DNA of 64,000 nucleotides. Origin: a virus. The notes beneath the pieces were generated by a model. It worked only from the letters and a program-made list of their open reading frames with translations. It did no database searches and was not told where the DNA came from. The translations under genes and the position numbers were made by a program. Below, in pieces: positions 28,409-37,827 of this stretch. The DNA is taken from positions 1 to 64,000 of the IMG/VR virus record IMGVR_UViG_3300008261_000018. The stretch is one strand, 5' to 3'. How positions within the stretch are numbered: the stretch's first letter is position 1; every line of letters begins with the position of its first letter.

Positions 28409-28702
28409 ATGAGCAAACCCAAAGCGCCGACGCTTCAGATCGGCGATCGCGTTCGCGAGCGCGACTCACTCAAGATGTTCATTGCCAAGCCCACCTCTCC
28501 GGGGTTCGCGATTGCGCGCGACATCGTTAAATCCGAGCGTCGCGGTGAGATCGTCGCGATCGAGACGCGCAAGGCGGCGAACGGCAGCGCCTACACCTAC
28601 GTCAGCGTTCTTTGGGACGGCGATCACCGCCCGAAAACCCATGCACGCCAGCGCATTGAGCTCGCTCCCGTTGATTCGGCACCAGCCGATACATTGCTTT
28701 AA
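28409..28702 (+). CDS. Hypothetical SH3/KOW-like protein
   Basis: LQIGDRVRER...GEIVAI...V.WD. Confidence 0.55.
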   Translation: MSKPKAPTLQIGDRVRERDSLKMFIAKPTSPGFAIARDIVKSERRGEIVAIETRKAANGSAYTYVSVLWDGDHRPKTHARQRIELAPVDSAPADTLL

Positions 28703-28717
28703 GCATGCTTCTTTGCA

Positions 28718-29395
28718 ATGGGGCACTGGCAACTCCCTCCCAATCTTCACGCTCAGATTGAAGGGGGGCCCATTTGCCCTTTTGCTGATCATTCACTGGG
28801 CTCCCGCGACGGCCGCATCCCCCGCTATACCGATAGCCATGCCTGCGTCCGCTGCGTCAGCTCATTGACGGAAGGGCGCCTCAGCCTGGACGTCCATCGA
28901 ATCCATAAGTCGTTTAGGCGCCGGTTCCTCGAGTTCTGGAGCTTCGTCGATATCGATGACCCCGAGGAGTGCTGGGAGTGGCGCGGGCTGATCCATTCCC
29001 GCCACGGCACGTCTTATTTCTCATTTCCGCGCTTCTGGACCAGCAATCAACAATGGAGCGCCCCGCGCGTTGCTGCCTGGCTGACGTGGGGTGACATCGG
29101 TCGACTACCCGTCAAGACCGTCTGCGGCAACCCCAACTGCTGTAACCCGCTGCACATCCGAGTCAGGGGCGTTCCCCACTACTTCCATAACCGCCACATC
29201 CAGGCCATCGATCTGGAGTTCAACTCTCACAAGCTCATCAACGAAACCCAGTCGTTCCTGCTAACCACGCGCGATCGAGACCCCAAGCGCTTCGAGAAGC
29301 TGGAGAAAAGCAATAAGCTCTGGATCGAGTCACGCCTGAACTCAGACGGACCCGTCGATGTACGTGCGCTCGCTAAGCAAGAGGGAACGGAATAG
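28718..29395 (+). CDS. Zn-binding HNH endonuclease-like protein (catalytic His apparently lost)
   Basis: FWSFVD...ECWEWRG...CGNPNCCNPLH; the usual VxH before the C is replaced by VKTV. Confidence 0.7.
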   Translation: MGHWQLPPNLHAQIEGGPICPFADHSLGSRDGRIPRYTDSHACVRCVSSLTEGRLSLDVHRIHKSFRRRFLEFWSFVDIDDPEECWEWRGLIHSRHGTSYFSFPRFWTSNQQWSAPRVAAWLTWGDIGRLPVKTVCGNPNCCNPLHIRVRGVPHYFHNRHIQAIDLEFNSHKLINETQSFLLTTRDRDPKRFEKLEKSNKLWIESRLNSDGPVDVRALAKQEGTE

Positions 29396-29443
29396 CGGCA
29401 GTTTCTATGATGAACGCATCACATACGGCCTCCTTCTTGCGTC

Positions 29444-30235
29444 ATGAGTAGCTGGGAAAAGGAACTCAGGGACAAGGCCAAGGCTCAGGCCGAGAAGGTG
29501 ATCCGCAGGGCCGCCAGGGACGGCAAGATCACGAAGAAGGATTTCAGGGATGTCGCCGAGCGGACCTTCCCCCTCTCGGGTAGCGCCCTGAACAATACGT
29601 ACATGGCGAACGAGATCGCCCGTGCGCTCAAGAAAGATCCCACCCTCCGAATTGGCAAGAAGTCAGCCGAGGTTACAGGCGTCAGGCTGAACAAGCGCGG
29701 GCAGTTGACCCACGAATTCCCGGAAGACCGGACCGCAAATTTCAACGGCAATAGCAGCCCTGTCACCTTCCCCGGCCGAGGGGGCTACGACAAAGGATCT
29801 GCGAACTGGGTCCAAAACTCCAGGGGCTCGTACACCTACATCGGTGACATCCCCAGCCGCACCAAAAAAGAAGAAGACGCACCCGAGACTCCGGCCGGCA
29901 CCGATGATCCCCCGCGCGATCCTTTCGCGGGATTGACCGGCGGCGAAAGCGGTAACGACACGAGCTCCGCCGGCGGCAACTCGAGCTCCGGCGGCTCCGG
30001 CAGCATCCACTTCAACCCCGGCGCTGACATGATCCAGGCCGTGGCGGATTACGGGAATGCCGCCACAGACGACTATTTCAATCGCTTCCTGCCCGACCTT
30101 TACAACAGTGCCAACCTCCAGGCGCGCGAGGTTGGTGCGGCAGGAGCTTTCCATCTGGATCGCTTTGTTGGCAAAGTCCCTGAGTTGGGTGACGCCAAGG
30201 ACATGTTTAAGTGGTATAAAAAAAGGATTGCCTGA
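29444..30235 (+). CDS. Hypothetical (possibly virion) protein
   Basis: 263 aa ORF with Gly/Ser low-complexity linker. Confidence 0.6.
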   Translation: MSSWEKELRDKAKAQAEKVIRRAARDGKITKKDFRDVAERTFPLSGSALNNTYMANEIARALKKDPTLRIGKKSAEVTGVRLNKRGQLTHEFPEDRTANFNGNSSPVTFPGRGGYDKGSANWVQNSRGSYTYIGDIPSRTKKEEDAPETPAGTDDPPRDPFAGLTGGESGNDTSSAGGNSSSGGSGSIHFNPGADMIQAVADYGNAATDDYFNRFLPDLYNSANLQAREVGAAGAFHLDRFVGKVPELGDAKDMFKWYKKRIA

Positions 30236-30318
30236 TCCTGAAGATCAGCAATTACTGAGCGACAGGGCTTGCGCTGCGTAAGAGCACTCCCTACTCTCTG
30301 CTTACCTGCCCTCGCTGT

Positions 30319-31032
30319 TTGGCTGACCTGTTTCGCGCGAGAACCGTTGCGGCTACCGAGATGCCGCAACGCGTCGCCTACCTTGCGCTGCATACCGACT
30401 ACTCCGAGGATTTCGCGCCGTCCACGGATCTCAGCGAGGATCGCTGCGGTGAGATCGTTGTTGAACGCTTACTCAAAGGGAACCGCGGTCATTACGGTCC
30501 TCTAGAGCACCCCTCGCTTTCACTGCTGATCTGCGCTGATCACAACACCATTGTCCAGATGCGAACCCATCGCATCGGCATGAGCTTTGACGTTCAGTCG
30601 ATGCGCTACACCGGCGAAAGGATTATGCGCGTCGCTCGCCGGGAAGTCTCACCCGAAGAGGTCTTTTACGTCAGGCAGCCCGGCATTTACTGGGATCGGC
30701 AAGGCGATCGCTACACATGGACCGCCGATGACGCCGAAGAATCTCTTGCTATCGCACTCTCTTCCGCCATCGATTACGCCCGACTCCGCGACAAAGGCGT
30801 CTCCGAGGAGCACGCTCGGCAGGTCCTGGTGACCTCGTACTACCAGAACGCCATGGTCACCGGCAACCTGCGCTCATGGTTGCACATGCTTGACGTTCGC
30901 CTGAAGAGCGACGCGCAGTCTGAAATCCGCCAACTGATGGACCTTATCTCAACCGAAGTCCAGCGTTGGGCACCCGAGGTTTACTCCTGGTGGGCCAGCC
31001 ATCGCAAAGGCAAGGCACAGCTGGCTCCTTGA
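30319..31032 (+). CDS. thyX: FAD-dependent thymidylate synthase
   Basis: GHYGPLEH...QMRTHR...SFDVQSMRY...NLRS..H....R....AQ.EIR. Confidence 0.92.
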   Translation: MADLFRARTVAATEMPQRVAYLALHTDYSEDFAPSTDLSEDRCGEIVVERLLKGNRGHYGPLEHPSLSLLICADHNTIVQMRTHRIGMSFDVQSMRYTGERIMRVARREVSPEEVFYVRQPGIYWDRQGDRYTWTADDAEESLAIALSSAIDYARLRDKGVSEEHARQVLVTSYYQNAMVTGNLRSWLHMLDVRLKSDAQSEIRQLMDLISTEVQRWAPEVYSWWASHRKGKAQLAP

Positions 31033-31033
31033 T

Positions 31034-31282
31034 ATGGACTTCATGACCGGCCAGTCCCTAGCGGATTTCATCAACAGCTTTGACGACAAGGATGACCTCC
31101 CCGAGCTGGAAGCTCATCACCTGTTCGACAAGCTCATTCAGTCTCACGGCCTACTCAGCGAAGTTGTCGACTACCTCCAGCAGGACAACTTTGATCCCGA
31201 ACTGCAGGGCATGATCAAAGCAGCTGAGCAGCTTACAGATTTCATCGTCATCACCTTTCAACAGCGCATGCCCCATGACTAG
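31034..31282 (+). CDS. Hypothetical protein
   Basis: Operon-coupled ORF. Confidence 0.55.
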   Translation: MDFMTGQSLADFINSFDDKDDLPELEAHHLFDKLIQSHGLLSEVVDYLQQDNFDPELQGMIKAAEQLTDFIVITFQQRMPHD

Positions 31283-31718
31283 GCCTTCTCGTTTTGAACT
31301 GCTCAGCAAGTTCTTCCCCGAGCTCAAGCAGCCTGGAACCCAAGGAGACAAAGAGGCTTCACTGCGTTTCAACACGCTGGCGTGTGAGGCGATCCTTGCC
31401 GATCAACTGCATCTCTTTGATATCGGGTTTCGGCACAACGGTCCAGGGCTCCTGTGCGTACGCCTCCGCGATGGCGCCCAGTGCAGTGAATACCTGCCTG
31501 TTGACGACCTGCGCGTCGATCAGGCGGAAGCCAAGCGGACTGGTGACAGCGATGTCGAGCAGTTCCTCGCTGATGCCATCTCCCAGATCGGCTCCACCAA
31601 CTTTGAGAAGTGCGGGCTTGTCCTGCTCATCGATAACAGCTCGATGCAAGTCTTCCCGATTGATCGCGACTATCCGGCCCGGGCAATCCAGGCCATGCTC
31701 GAAGAATTTGCAGCTTGA
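31275..31718 (+). CDS. Hypothetical protein
   Basis: 147 aa ORF. Confidence 0.6.
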   Translation: MTRPSRFELLSKFFPELKQPGTQGDKEASLRFNTLACEAILADQLHLFDIGFRHNGPGLLCVRLRDGAQCSEYLPVDDLRVDQAEAKRTGDSDVEQFLADAISQIGSTNFEKCGLVLLIDNSSMQVFPIDRDYPARAIQAMLEEFAA

Positions 31719-31721
31719 CCG

Positions 31722-32342
31722 ATGGGTGAACAACACAGGGCCCGCCTTGCTCCGCCCCAGGACTTCGTGCTTGCAGCACGCTCGGTCATGGGCGCCATCG
31801 ACTTCGATGCCTTCGCGAATTCCGATATCAACAGGCTCGTTCAAGCCAGTCGCTTTCACGACCGTGACAAAGACGACCTCGAGCTTCTCCTCGCTCAGCC
31901 ATGGGATCTGCCAGGAGACAAGCGCGTGCTTGTCGCCCCTCCCATGAGCGCCGTGCTCTCCAGGCGCTTGATCAATAAGACTCTGCGCGAGTACCGGGCC
32001 GGTCGAGTCAATCAGGCCATGCTTTGGATCTCGCATAACGAGACCATCATCAAAGCTCCATGGCTGTGGGACTTCCCCGCCTGTATGCCATTTCGCCGCT
32101 TGCGCCCCTGCTGGTGGGATGACGAACTGGAAGTCTTCCGCAACGTCGCGCTTTCGGACTGGTCTGCTGTTTTCTACTTGCCGCCGCCCGATCCCGTCGC
32201 CGAATTCCAGAACCGCGTCTCTCGCTTTCACACCGTCTTCAGCGCACTGGGCCGCGTCGTCTTCAACGAGATGAGCGGCGAAGGTGACTGGGAGAAGTCC
32301 TACCAGGCGCTGCAGAAGAAGCCCTACAACTACCGTGAGTAA
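31722..32342 (+). CDS. Phage Dam-like DNA N6-adenine methyltransferase homolog, degenerate motifs
   Basis: P....AARSVMGAIDFD...N..VQA.RF...QPW...V.VAPPM (NPPY changed to APPM)...EY..G.V.QA. Confidence 0.6.
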   Translation: MGEQHRARLAPPQDFVLAARSVMGAIDFDAFANSDINRLVQASRFHDRDKDDLELLLAQPWDLPGDKRVLVAPPMSAVLSRRLINKTLREYRAGRVNQAMLWISHNETIIKAPWLWDFPACMPFRRLRPCWWDDELEVFRNVALSDWSAVFYLPPPDPVAEFQNRVSRFHTVFSALGRVVFNEMSGEGDWEKSYQALQKKPYNYRE

Positions 32343-32769
32343 GTTTCACGTACCCGGCTCTGAGTGCGCGGCAGACGAGTTCCAGGCTCCTGATGGGGCC
32401 TGGTTCAGCATCTTCCGCGCCATTGTCTTCGACTCATGGCTGATTTGGCGCGACGCCTTGCCATCTGAGCCGGAGCTGCGCGAGCAACTCGACGGCTCAG
32501 CCTATGAATGCGTCACGGCTCTGGCTAAGCAGCTCCATCTGTTCCACCAGTCATTGCCTTGCTACCGGGGCTTGACGATCTCACCCTTCCACGTCTCGCG
32601 TTGGTGGGACCCAACCGATACCGATCAAGCGTGGAATTCAGGAGGCTCGGTCCTGTTTTACATGGATGACTACAGCGCTGCAGACCTGTTGCGCCTCTGC
32701 GTTAAACGACCAGGGCTCAAGCTCCGGGCCGTATCGCAACGCTACGTCGAAGCATCCTTAGTGGAGTGA
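32335..32769 (+). CDS. Hypothetical protein
   Basis: GTG start overlapping upstream gene. Confidence 0.55.
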   Translation: MSKFHVPGSECAADEFQAPDGAWFSIFRAIVFDSWLIWRDALPSEPELREQLDGSAYECVTALAKQLHLFHQSLPCYRGLTISPFHVSRWWDPTDTDQAWNSGGSVLFYMDDYSAADLLRLCVKRPGLKLRAVSQRYVEASLVE

Positions 32770-32787
32770 CTACCCAGTATTGGGTAC

Positions 32788-33075
32788 TCACTCCGGCAAG
32801 ACCCTGGCTTCGCTGAAAGCTTTGCGGGCACCCAACGCGCCGCTGCCGAAGTCCTTGAACACCTGACGTGCCTGGGCAATGGACTGCGCGCGCTCCTGCA
32901 TCACCTCCAGGCCGCGCCCGTTGTCGATACTCCGCAAGCCGCCCGTGCTGCCGCCATAGGCATTGGCCGTGTGGGCCTGGCTTCTGGCCCTGGCCTGTAG
33001 TCGCTTAGCTGTCGCATCACGCTGGGCTTGCCCGCCTAACGAGAAACCTTGAGCTTCTTTGTATCGGCGGTCCAT
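32788..33075 (-). CDS. Hypothetical protein
   Basis: 95 aa ORF. Confidence 0.5.
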   Translation of the reverse strand: MDRRYKEAQGFSLGGQAQRDATAKRLQARARSQAHTANAYGGSTGGLRSIDNGRGLEVMQERAQSIAQARQVFKDFGSGALGARKAFSEARVLPE

Positions 33076-33150
33076 GGCTGCGCCCTATCGTTCAGACCGC
33101 TTGCCACAGCATGGTCCTGTTCTTATCCTACTTCCAATAACAAAGGCGCC

Positions 33151-33582
33151 ATGAAGCCCAAGACGCGGTTCGACCTCGTGCCATTCGCCGCGCTCGAGGA
33201 GATTGCCGATGTCCTGACCTACGGCGCCGATAAGTATTCCGCCAATAACTGGTGCCGTGGTACGCCCTGGAGCCGCTATTTCTCGGCGCTCTGCAGGCAT
33301 ATCTTCGCCTGGTGGCGCGGCGAGAATACGGACCCCGAGACCGGGCTCTCGCATCTAGCTCATGCCGGCTGCTGCTTGATCTTCCTCATGGAATACCAGC
33401 GCAATCGCTGGGGGGAAGATGACCGTTTTGTCAGCCCCGACGGCCAGGAATTCATGAAGCACGACGGACGCACAGACCCGCAAACCATTCGCTCGACCTG
33501 CTGGGTTGACGCATCTGGCACGCGGACCTGCCGCGACGTCTCAGTCAGGGACCTTGATCACGATGAAGACGGATGCGAGTGA
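33151..33582 (+). CDS. dATP/dGTP diphosphohydrolase (DUF5664)
   Basis: K.RFDLVP...VLTYGA.KY...NW..G.......A..RH..AW..GE..DPETGLSHLAHA. Confidence 0.85.
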   Translation: MKPKTRFDLVPFAALEEIADVLTYGADKYSANNWCRGTPWSRYFSALCRHIFAWWRGENTDPETGLSHLAHAGCCLIFLMEYQRNRWGEDDRFVSPDGQEFMKHDGRTDPQTIRSTCWVDASGTRTCRDVSVRDLDHDEDGCE

Positions 33583-34202
33583 TCTGATCTCTGTACTACT
33601 GCATTAAACGCCAGAGACCACCGCTCTCCTTCCCCTTGAAACGGGTTTACTGAATGCGGCTGCCAGGCCGGGAAGACGAAGTACTCGCCAACCTTCGGCT
33701 GGAAATACTGCAGCATCCCCATCTGGAAACGGCTTGGGTCGAAGCATTCCGGGCCGTGGAAACAAATGGCTCCGCCCTTCCTTTCGCCATCGATCTGCTC
33801 AGGGACCTTCAGATACAGAACACCTGAGAAGGCCCCGCCATGGACGTGAACCGGGTTGAAATCTCCTGCAACCTGTCGGTTCAACCAAATTTCATAGACA
33901 TCCGCTCTATAGGATCCCGCCGGCCAGAACCGATGCGCCGCCCCGTCCCAGTCACGCGAGGACTCCTGGATCCACAGTTCACAGGCTTGCTCGAATTCAG
34001 CCTTCAGTGCCTTGGCCACCGGCAGCGTCAAAGGCAGAGCGATCTGCTCGGCTAGCTCGCCTGCCAGCTGCCGTGACATGTCGATGGCATCTTTACTCCC
34101 AAACAGCTTGCCGGCCTGATGCAGGAGCGACTTCAGTAGATCTGGCTCGATCGTGCCCGCCCCGATATTCCGGGGGAACAGGCGGTACATGCGATCCAGC
34201 AC
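33558..34202 (-). CDS. Putative 2OG-Fe(II) oxygenase (TIGR02466-like)
   Basis: WLN....GDFNPVHVH...SGVLYL...FPAW..H.V.PF....ER.S.AFN. Confidence 0.85.
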   Translation of the reverse strand: MLDRMYRLFPRNIGAGTIEPDLLKSLLHQAGKLFGSKDAIDMSRQLAGELAEQIALPLTLPVAKALKAEFEQACELWIQESSRDWDGAAHRFWPAGSYRADVYEIWLNRQVAGDFNPVHVHGGAFSGVLYLKVPEQIDGERKGGAICFHGPECFDPSRFQMGMLQYFQPKVGEYFVFPAWQPHSVNPFQGEGERWSLAFNAVVQRSDHSHPSSS

Positions 34203-34204
34203 AA

Positions 34205-34546
34205 TCAGCCGATTCCAAACTGGTTGTTGATCGCGCTGATCCGATCACTGAGTGCAGCCAGCTGATCATTGATTTGCTTGTTCAAGCCAGGGGGCTGCTG
34301 CTGCGCGGGGAATGCAGCTGCCTGTCTGGCCTGTTGCTGGCTCTCGGCCATGCGGCGGGCTTCGATGGCAGCTGCCTGAGCGAACGCGTTTTGCACTTCC
34401 GCCCGGGTAATCAGCTCAGGCATGGCCTGCTCGAGGGCACTGATGCGGCCGCTGGATTTCTTGTGCTGCGCTGCCAGGACCAGCCCCTGGCCGGAGAGCA
34501 CGCCGATCAGCGCCGCTGCTGCACCGGCCACGAACGATTCGAGCAT
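34205..34546 (-). CDS. Hypothetical protein (N-terminal TM, coiled coil)
   Basis: 113 aa ORF. Confidence 0.55.
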   Translation of the reverse strand: MLESFVAGAAAALIGVLSGQGLVLAAQHKKSSGRISALEQAMPELITRAEVQNAFAQAAAIEARRMAESQQQARQAAAFPAQQQPPGLNKQINDQLAALSDRISAINNQFGIG

Positions 34547-34596
34547 GTCAATGGTGATCAGTCACCAAAATGTATCTCGTATCGCGCAGCCCCGCA

Positions 34597-35556
34597 CTAC
34601 GACATCCGCAAAATCGCGCGCACTCGTCTTGATAACTCCTGCTCCTTGCCGCGTGGAACTTGTGCCGCAGGGACATCAAACGCTTGTCCGCTGTAGTGGT
34701 AGGAGTTTGGCGAGTGCCCGCCCACTGCATTCACTCCCTTGAGCTCGGTTGTCTTAATGCCGGCTTGGTTCAGTAATGACGCAGCGGCCCTGGCTTCTTC
34801 CGGCGTGGAGAAGGCCAGGTGCTCGTGGTAGTTCTCCCCGCCGTGGTCGTCTCGATATCCAGCATGGGAGCGATCACCTGTCAGATATTCGATGGGCTTG
34901 AACCCGCCTGCTGATGTGGCGGGTGTCATTGCATCGAGGCCGCCTGTCTCGACGATCTGCTTGGTCTCCTGCGGCGTCTCCGGATTCAGTGACGCGATTG
35001 CAACCGCCAACGGGCTCTGCGCTGCCATGCGCTGGCCGCTGGAGGTTCGTGCCACCGGTCGGTACTGGTCTCCGCCAATCAGCGCGAGTGCTGTTGCTGC
35101 CACCGGATCCATCGTTTGCTGTGGCGCTGCAGTGCTGGCCACCGGCTGAACGGATGGAAGGCCCCCGATCTCAAGTCCACCACCGCCAGACAGGCTCGGC
35201 ATCGGATCTTTGCTGGCCGCGCCGGCGGTTGTCCAGGCATTGATGCCGGAGCTCTTGAGGATCCTGGCTGCGGCCTGGGCGTTCTTCCAGGGATCCTTGA
35301 GATCGTCGTACGAGCGAACACCAATATCAGCAAATTGCCTCAGTCGCTCTTGCCCTAGTTGATAGCCGGGCTGATCAATCATGTTGATCTGCCACAAGCC
35401 ATAACTGTTGTCACCGGTTGCCCGGTTTGGGTTGTGCGCCAACGGGTTTAGACCTGACTCCCGTTTGGCGATATTCACCATCAAGGGAACTTTGTCCTCG
35501 GGGACCCCAGCGCGCCGCAGAAGCTCAGCTACTTGGCCTTCCGAAAGCGCCGCCAT
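34597..35556 (-). CDS. Virion-associated muralytic protein: lysozyme-like/SLT domain plus M15-like peptidase domain
   Basis: IAKRESG.NP.A...SYGLWQINM...NA.AA..I.....G..AW; C-terminal HSPNSYHYSGQAFDV. Confidence 0.8.
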   Translation of the reverse strand: MAALSEGQVAELLRRAGVPEDKVPLMVNIAKRESGLNPLAHNPNRATGDNSYGLWQINMIDQPGYQLGQERLRQFADIGVRSYDDLKDPWKNAQAAARILKSSGINAWTTAGAASKDPMPSLSGGGGLEIGGLPSVQPVASTAAPQQTMDPVAATALALIGGDQYRPVARTSSGQRMAAQSPLAVAIASLNPETPQETKQIVETGGLDAMTPATSAGGFKPIEYLTGDRSHAGYRDDHGGENYHEHLAFSTPEEARAAASLLNQAGIKTTELKGVNAVGGHSPNSYHYSGQAFDVPAAQVPRGKEQELSRRVRAILRMS

Positions 35557-35897
35557 CAGTCTTCAGATTCCAGGACAATTGCGTCCATGTCCAGCTCCAT
35601 TGTGGCATTTTCCCATAGGCCACGCATATAATCTTCTGCTTCTTCGTCACTCGGGACGTAGCCAAAAATCTCAGCGAAGTCTTCCTCAGTCTCAGGCGCA
35701 AACAGCGTCGCCCCCTCGTCCATCCTGAAGATGTAACCAGCTGATCGCGTCGTCGACAGAAAGATCTGCTTCTGCCGAAATCGCGCCTCCCAGCAATCGA
35801 GTAGCGCAGCTTTCAATTCCTCCCTTGAGAGGTCGCTGATCTCGAGTTCGATGCGACGCAGTAGGTACTGCTGTTCGTGCGTCAGGTTCTCGTCCAT
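35556..35897 (-). CDS. NblA-like phycobilisome degradation protein with acidic C-terminal extension
   Basis: LTHEQQYLLRRIELEISDLSREELKAALLDCWEARFRQKQIF; GGAGG RBS; starts inside the HNH ORF. Confidence 0.65.
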   Translation of the reverse strand: MDENLTHEQQYLLRRIELEISDLSREELKAALLDCWEARFRQKQIFLSTTRSAGYIFRMDEGATLFAPETEEDFAEIFGYVPSDEEAEDYMRGLWENATMELDMDAIVLESED

Positions 35898-36282
35898 GAG
35901 CCGATCCTCCGATGGTCCAGGGCTGAGCCACGCCTGGGCAGGAATATGGACGCATCCATTCCTCAATTCTGGCGGCTCGTTCAGTGCAGTAAAACTCCTG
36001 CTCTTGAAACCATTTGCGCCACTCCCGCACCGACCCCTTGGCGAGATTGCAGCGGCGGCAGGCGGGCACCAAGTTGGAGCGCATGCTGCTGCCGCCCCAG
36101 GCCCGTGGCTTGATGTGGTCCAGGGTGAGATTGAGCCGGCTCCCGGCTTCATCGCTATCGCGCCCGCAGTAGGCGCAGCAGCCCCACTCTTCCTTGATTG
36201 ACTGCCGGAATCGGCGTCGCGCCGAACCCGGAGACAGATCGATGAGACTGAACACGTAGGTATCCCAGTGTTCCGGCGTCAT
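35692..36282 (-). CDS. HNH endonuclease
   Basis: CAYCG...LTLDHIKPR..GG....NLVPACRRCN..KG. Confidence 0.85.
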   Translation of the reverse strand: MTPEHWDTYVFSLIDLSPGSARRRFRQSIKEEWGCCAYCGRDSDEAGSRLNLTLDHIKPRAWGGSSMRSNLVPACRRCNLAKGSVREWRKWFQEQEFYCTERAARIEEWMRPYSCPGVAQPWTIGGSAHGREPDARTAVPTASHRTRDQRPLKGGIESCATRLLGGAISAEADLSVDDAISWLHLQDGRGGDAVCA

Positions 36283-36465
36283 CGGCGATGGTCCGTCGTG
36301 ACCTCACCGTAGGCAGAGCGATGCAGGGCGAAATCTGAGCGACCGATCCCGGCTTCCTAGGATTGCAGCTTGCGAGGCGAAAGCTGTGGCATACTTCGCG
36401 CAGCAACGCACGACAGGTCGCGCATGACTGGGCAGGAGGCGCTTGAGCGCATCGCAGAGCGCGCC

Positions 36466-37716
36466 TTAGCGCAACGTGATCTCCAGGCTCTCCAGTCCTC
36501 CGGGCCAGACAAGTTCGCTGACGAATTGCAGGATCACCGCCCGCAGTTCCTCGTCCGTCGCAAGTTCAAGCGTCCGCCGGTCTGCAAACAGCTCGACCAG
36601 AAGCTCATAGCGAGCTGAGCTATCCACTTGCTGCAGCGCCTGCAGCTGACGATGCAGCGCCGCCAACTTGTCCTCCAATCCATCGACTCCAGCAGCCTGC
36701 GCTGCCTGCAGCGCTGAGATCTGATTGCGAATTGGTCCTGCTTCCGCTGGCTCCTTCTTTTCGCTGATAGCTGCGCTGGCGAGCTCCGCTGCCTTGGTGG
36801 TCAACGCATCAATCACCTTCCTGCGCACAACCTCGACACGGATGCCCTGGCCGTAGCGAGCGCAAATGCGGTTGTGGCATTTCAGGCGAGGGACCGCCCG
36901 ATCGCGGATGTTGTGCAGGGACTTGCCGCAGCTCTCGCAGCGCACCAGCCCGGTAAACAGATGCACGGTGTGAGCAGCTCTACCCCGCATGTTTGATCGG
37001 GCCTTGAGCTTGTTTTCGGCTTCCGCCCATTCCTGCCAGCTGATCAACGGCTTGGTCCCGCCGTGCTCACCGCGCACAATGCCGCGCAGCATCGGATTGG
37101 CAATCCAGCTTTTGACGCCCTTCGGGGTCCACTTCGATTGCGTCTTAGCAATCCAGCCAGAGACGTTGAAGTCGAGCTCCATCAGCTCGTCCCACATCTG
37201 GCGCGCGGCATCCCAGTGATCCGGGCATGGCACGACGTACTGCCCGTCGTAGCTGTACCCAAAGGGAACCTTGCCGCAGGCGTAGTACCCCTGGGCCTTG
37301 CGTCGCCTCAGGCCGTCTCTGACCTTGGCCGCCGTGAGCCGGCTCTGCATCTGCGAGAACACGCTCATCATCCCGGCCTGCACGAAGCCGCCGATCGACT
37401 CGGTTTCAATGGTGCCGCCGACCAGGGCCACCACCTTGGTGCCGCGAGCGGCGCAGAGCTCGAGGAATGCCATGTCATCACCCGAGCGGCTCAGGCGAGA
37501 CTGATCGGCCACGAGGATCTCGTCGACGCCGCCCCGGCCAACCAGCGACCAGAGCTCATCCCAGCCCGGGCGTGCGTTGCCCTTGAAGGCTGACCTCCGC
37601 TCGGCAATGACCCGCTCACAGCCAGCGCGCTTGAGCTCGACGACTTGGCCCTCGATCGACTTGTCCTGCTCCTCTTGGGCCGTCGAGGTGCGGGCGTATC
37701 CGATTCTCACGACCAT
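36466..37716 (-). CDS. Large serine recombinase (integrase-like)
   Basis: GYARTS catalytic motif, RPG, SRLSRS, recombinase domain (PFGY), zinc ribbon (LFTGLVRCESCG...C...C), coiled coil. Confidence 0.9.
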   Translation of the reverse strand: MVVRIGYARTSTAQEEQDKSIEGQVVELKRAGCERVIAERRSAFKGNARPGWDELWSLVGRGGVDEILVADQSRLSRSGDDMAFLELCAARGTKVVALVGGTIETESIGGFVQAGMMSVFSQMQSRLTAAKVRDGLRRRKAQGYYACGKVPFGYSYDGQYVVPCPDHWDAARQMWDELMELDFNVSGWIAKTQSKWTPKGVKSWIANPMLRGIVRGEHGGTKPLISWQEWAEAENKLKARSNMRGRAAHTVHLFTGLVRCESCGKSLHNIRDRAVPRLKCHNRICARYGQGIRVEVVRRKVIDALTTKAAELASAAISEKKEPAEAGPIRNQISALQAAQAAGVDGLEDKLAALHRQLQALQQVDSSARYELLVELFADRRTLELATDEELRAVILQFVSELVWPGGLESLEITLR

Positions 37717-37760
37717 GGTTGACACACGCGCTGCAGGGGGCACACTTGCGCAGACCTCCT

Positions 37761-37803
37761 TTAGGGGTGGTCAAAGGTACTCCAGAAACGAGTACCACCT
37801 AAG
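37761..37803. other. Candidate attP/recombinase site
   Basis: GGTACTC-7-GAGTACC (37776-37796) nested in TTAGGGGTGGT...ACCACCTAA, just upstream of the recombinase. Confidence 0.35.
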
Positions 37804-37827
37804 ACACACGACAGATCCTCTGCAGAA

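Noticed and set aside
32335-32769. Degenerate M15 peptidase
   Set aside because: Resemblance is too weak (no SGYR or H..G.A.D motifs) to call
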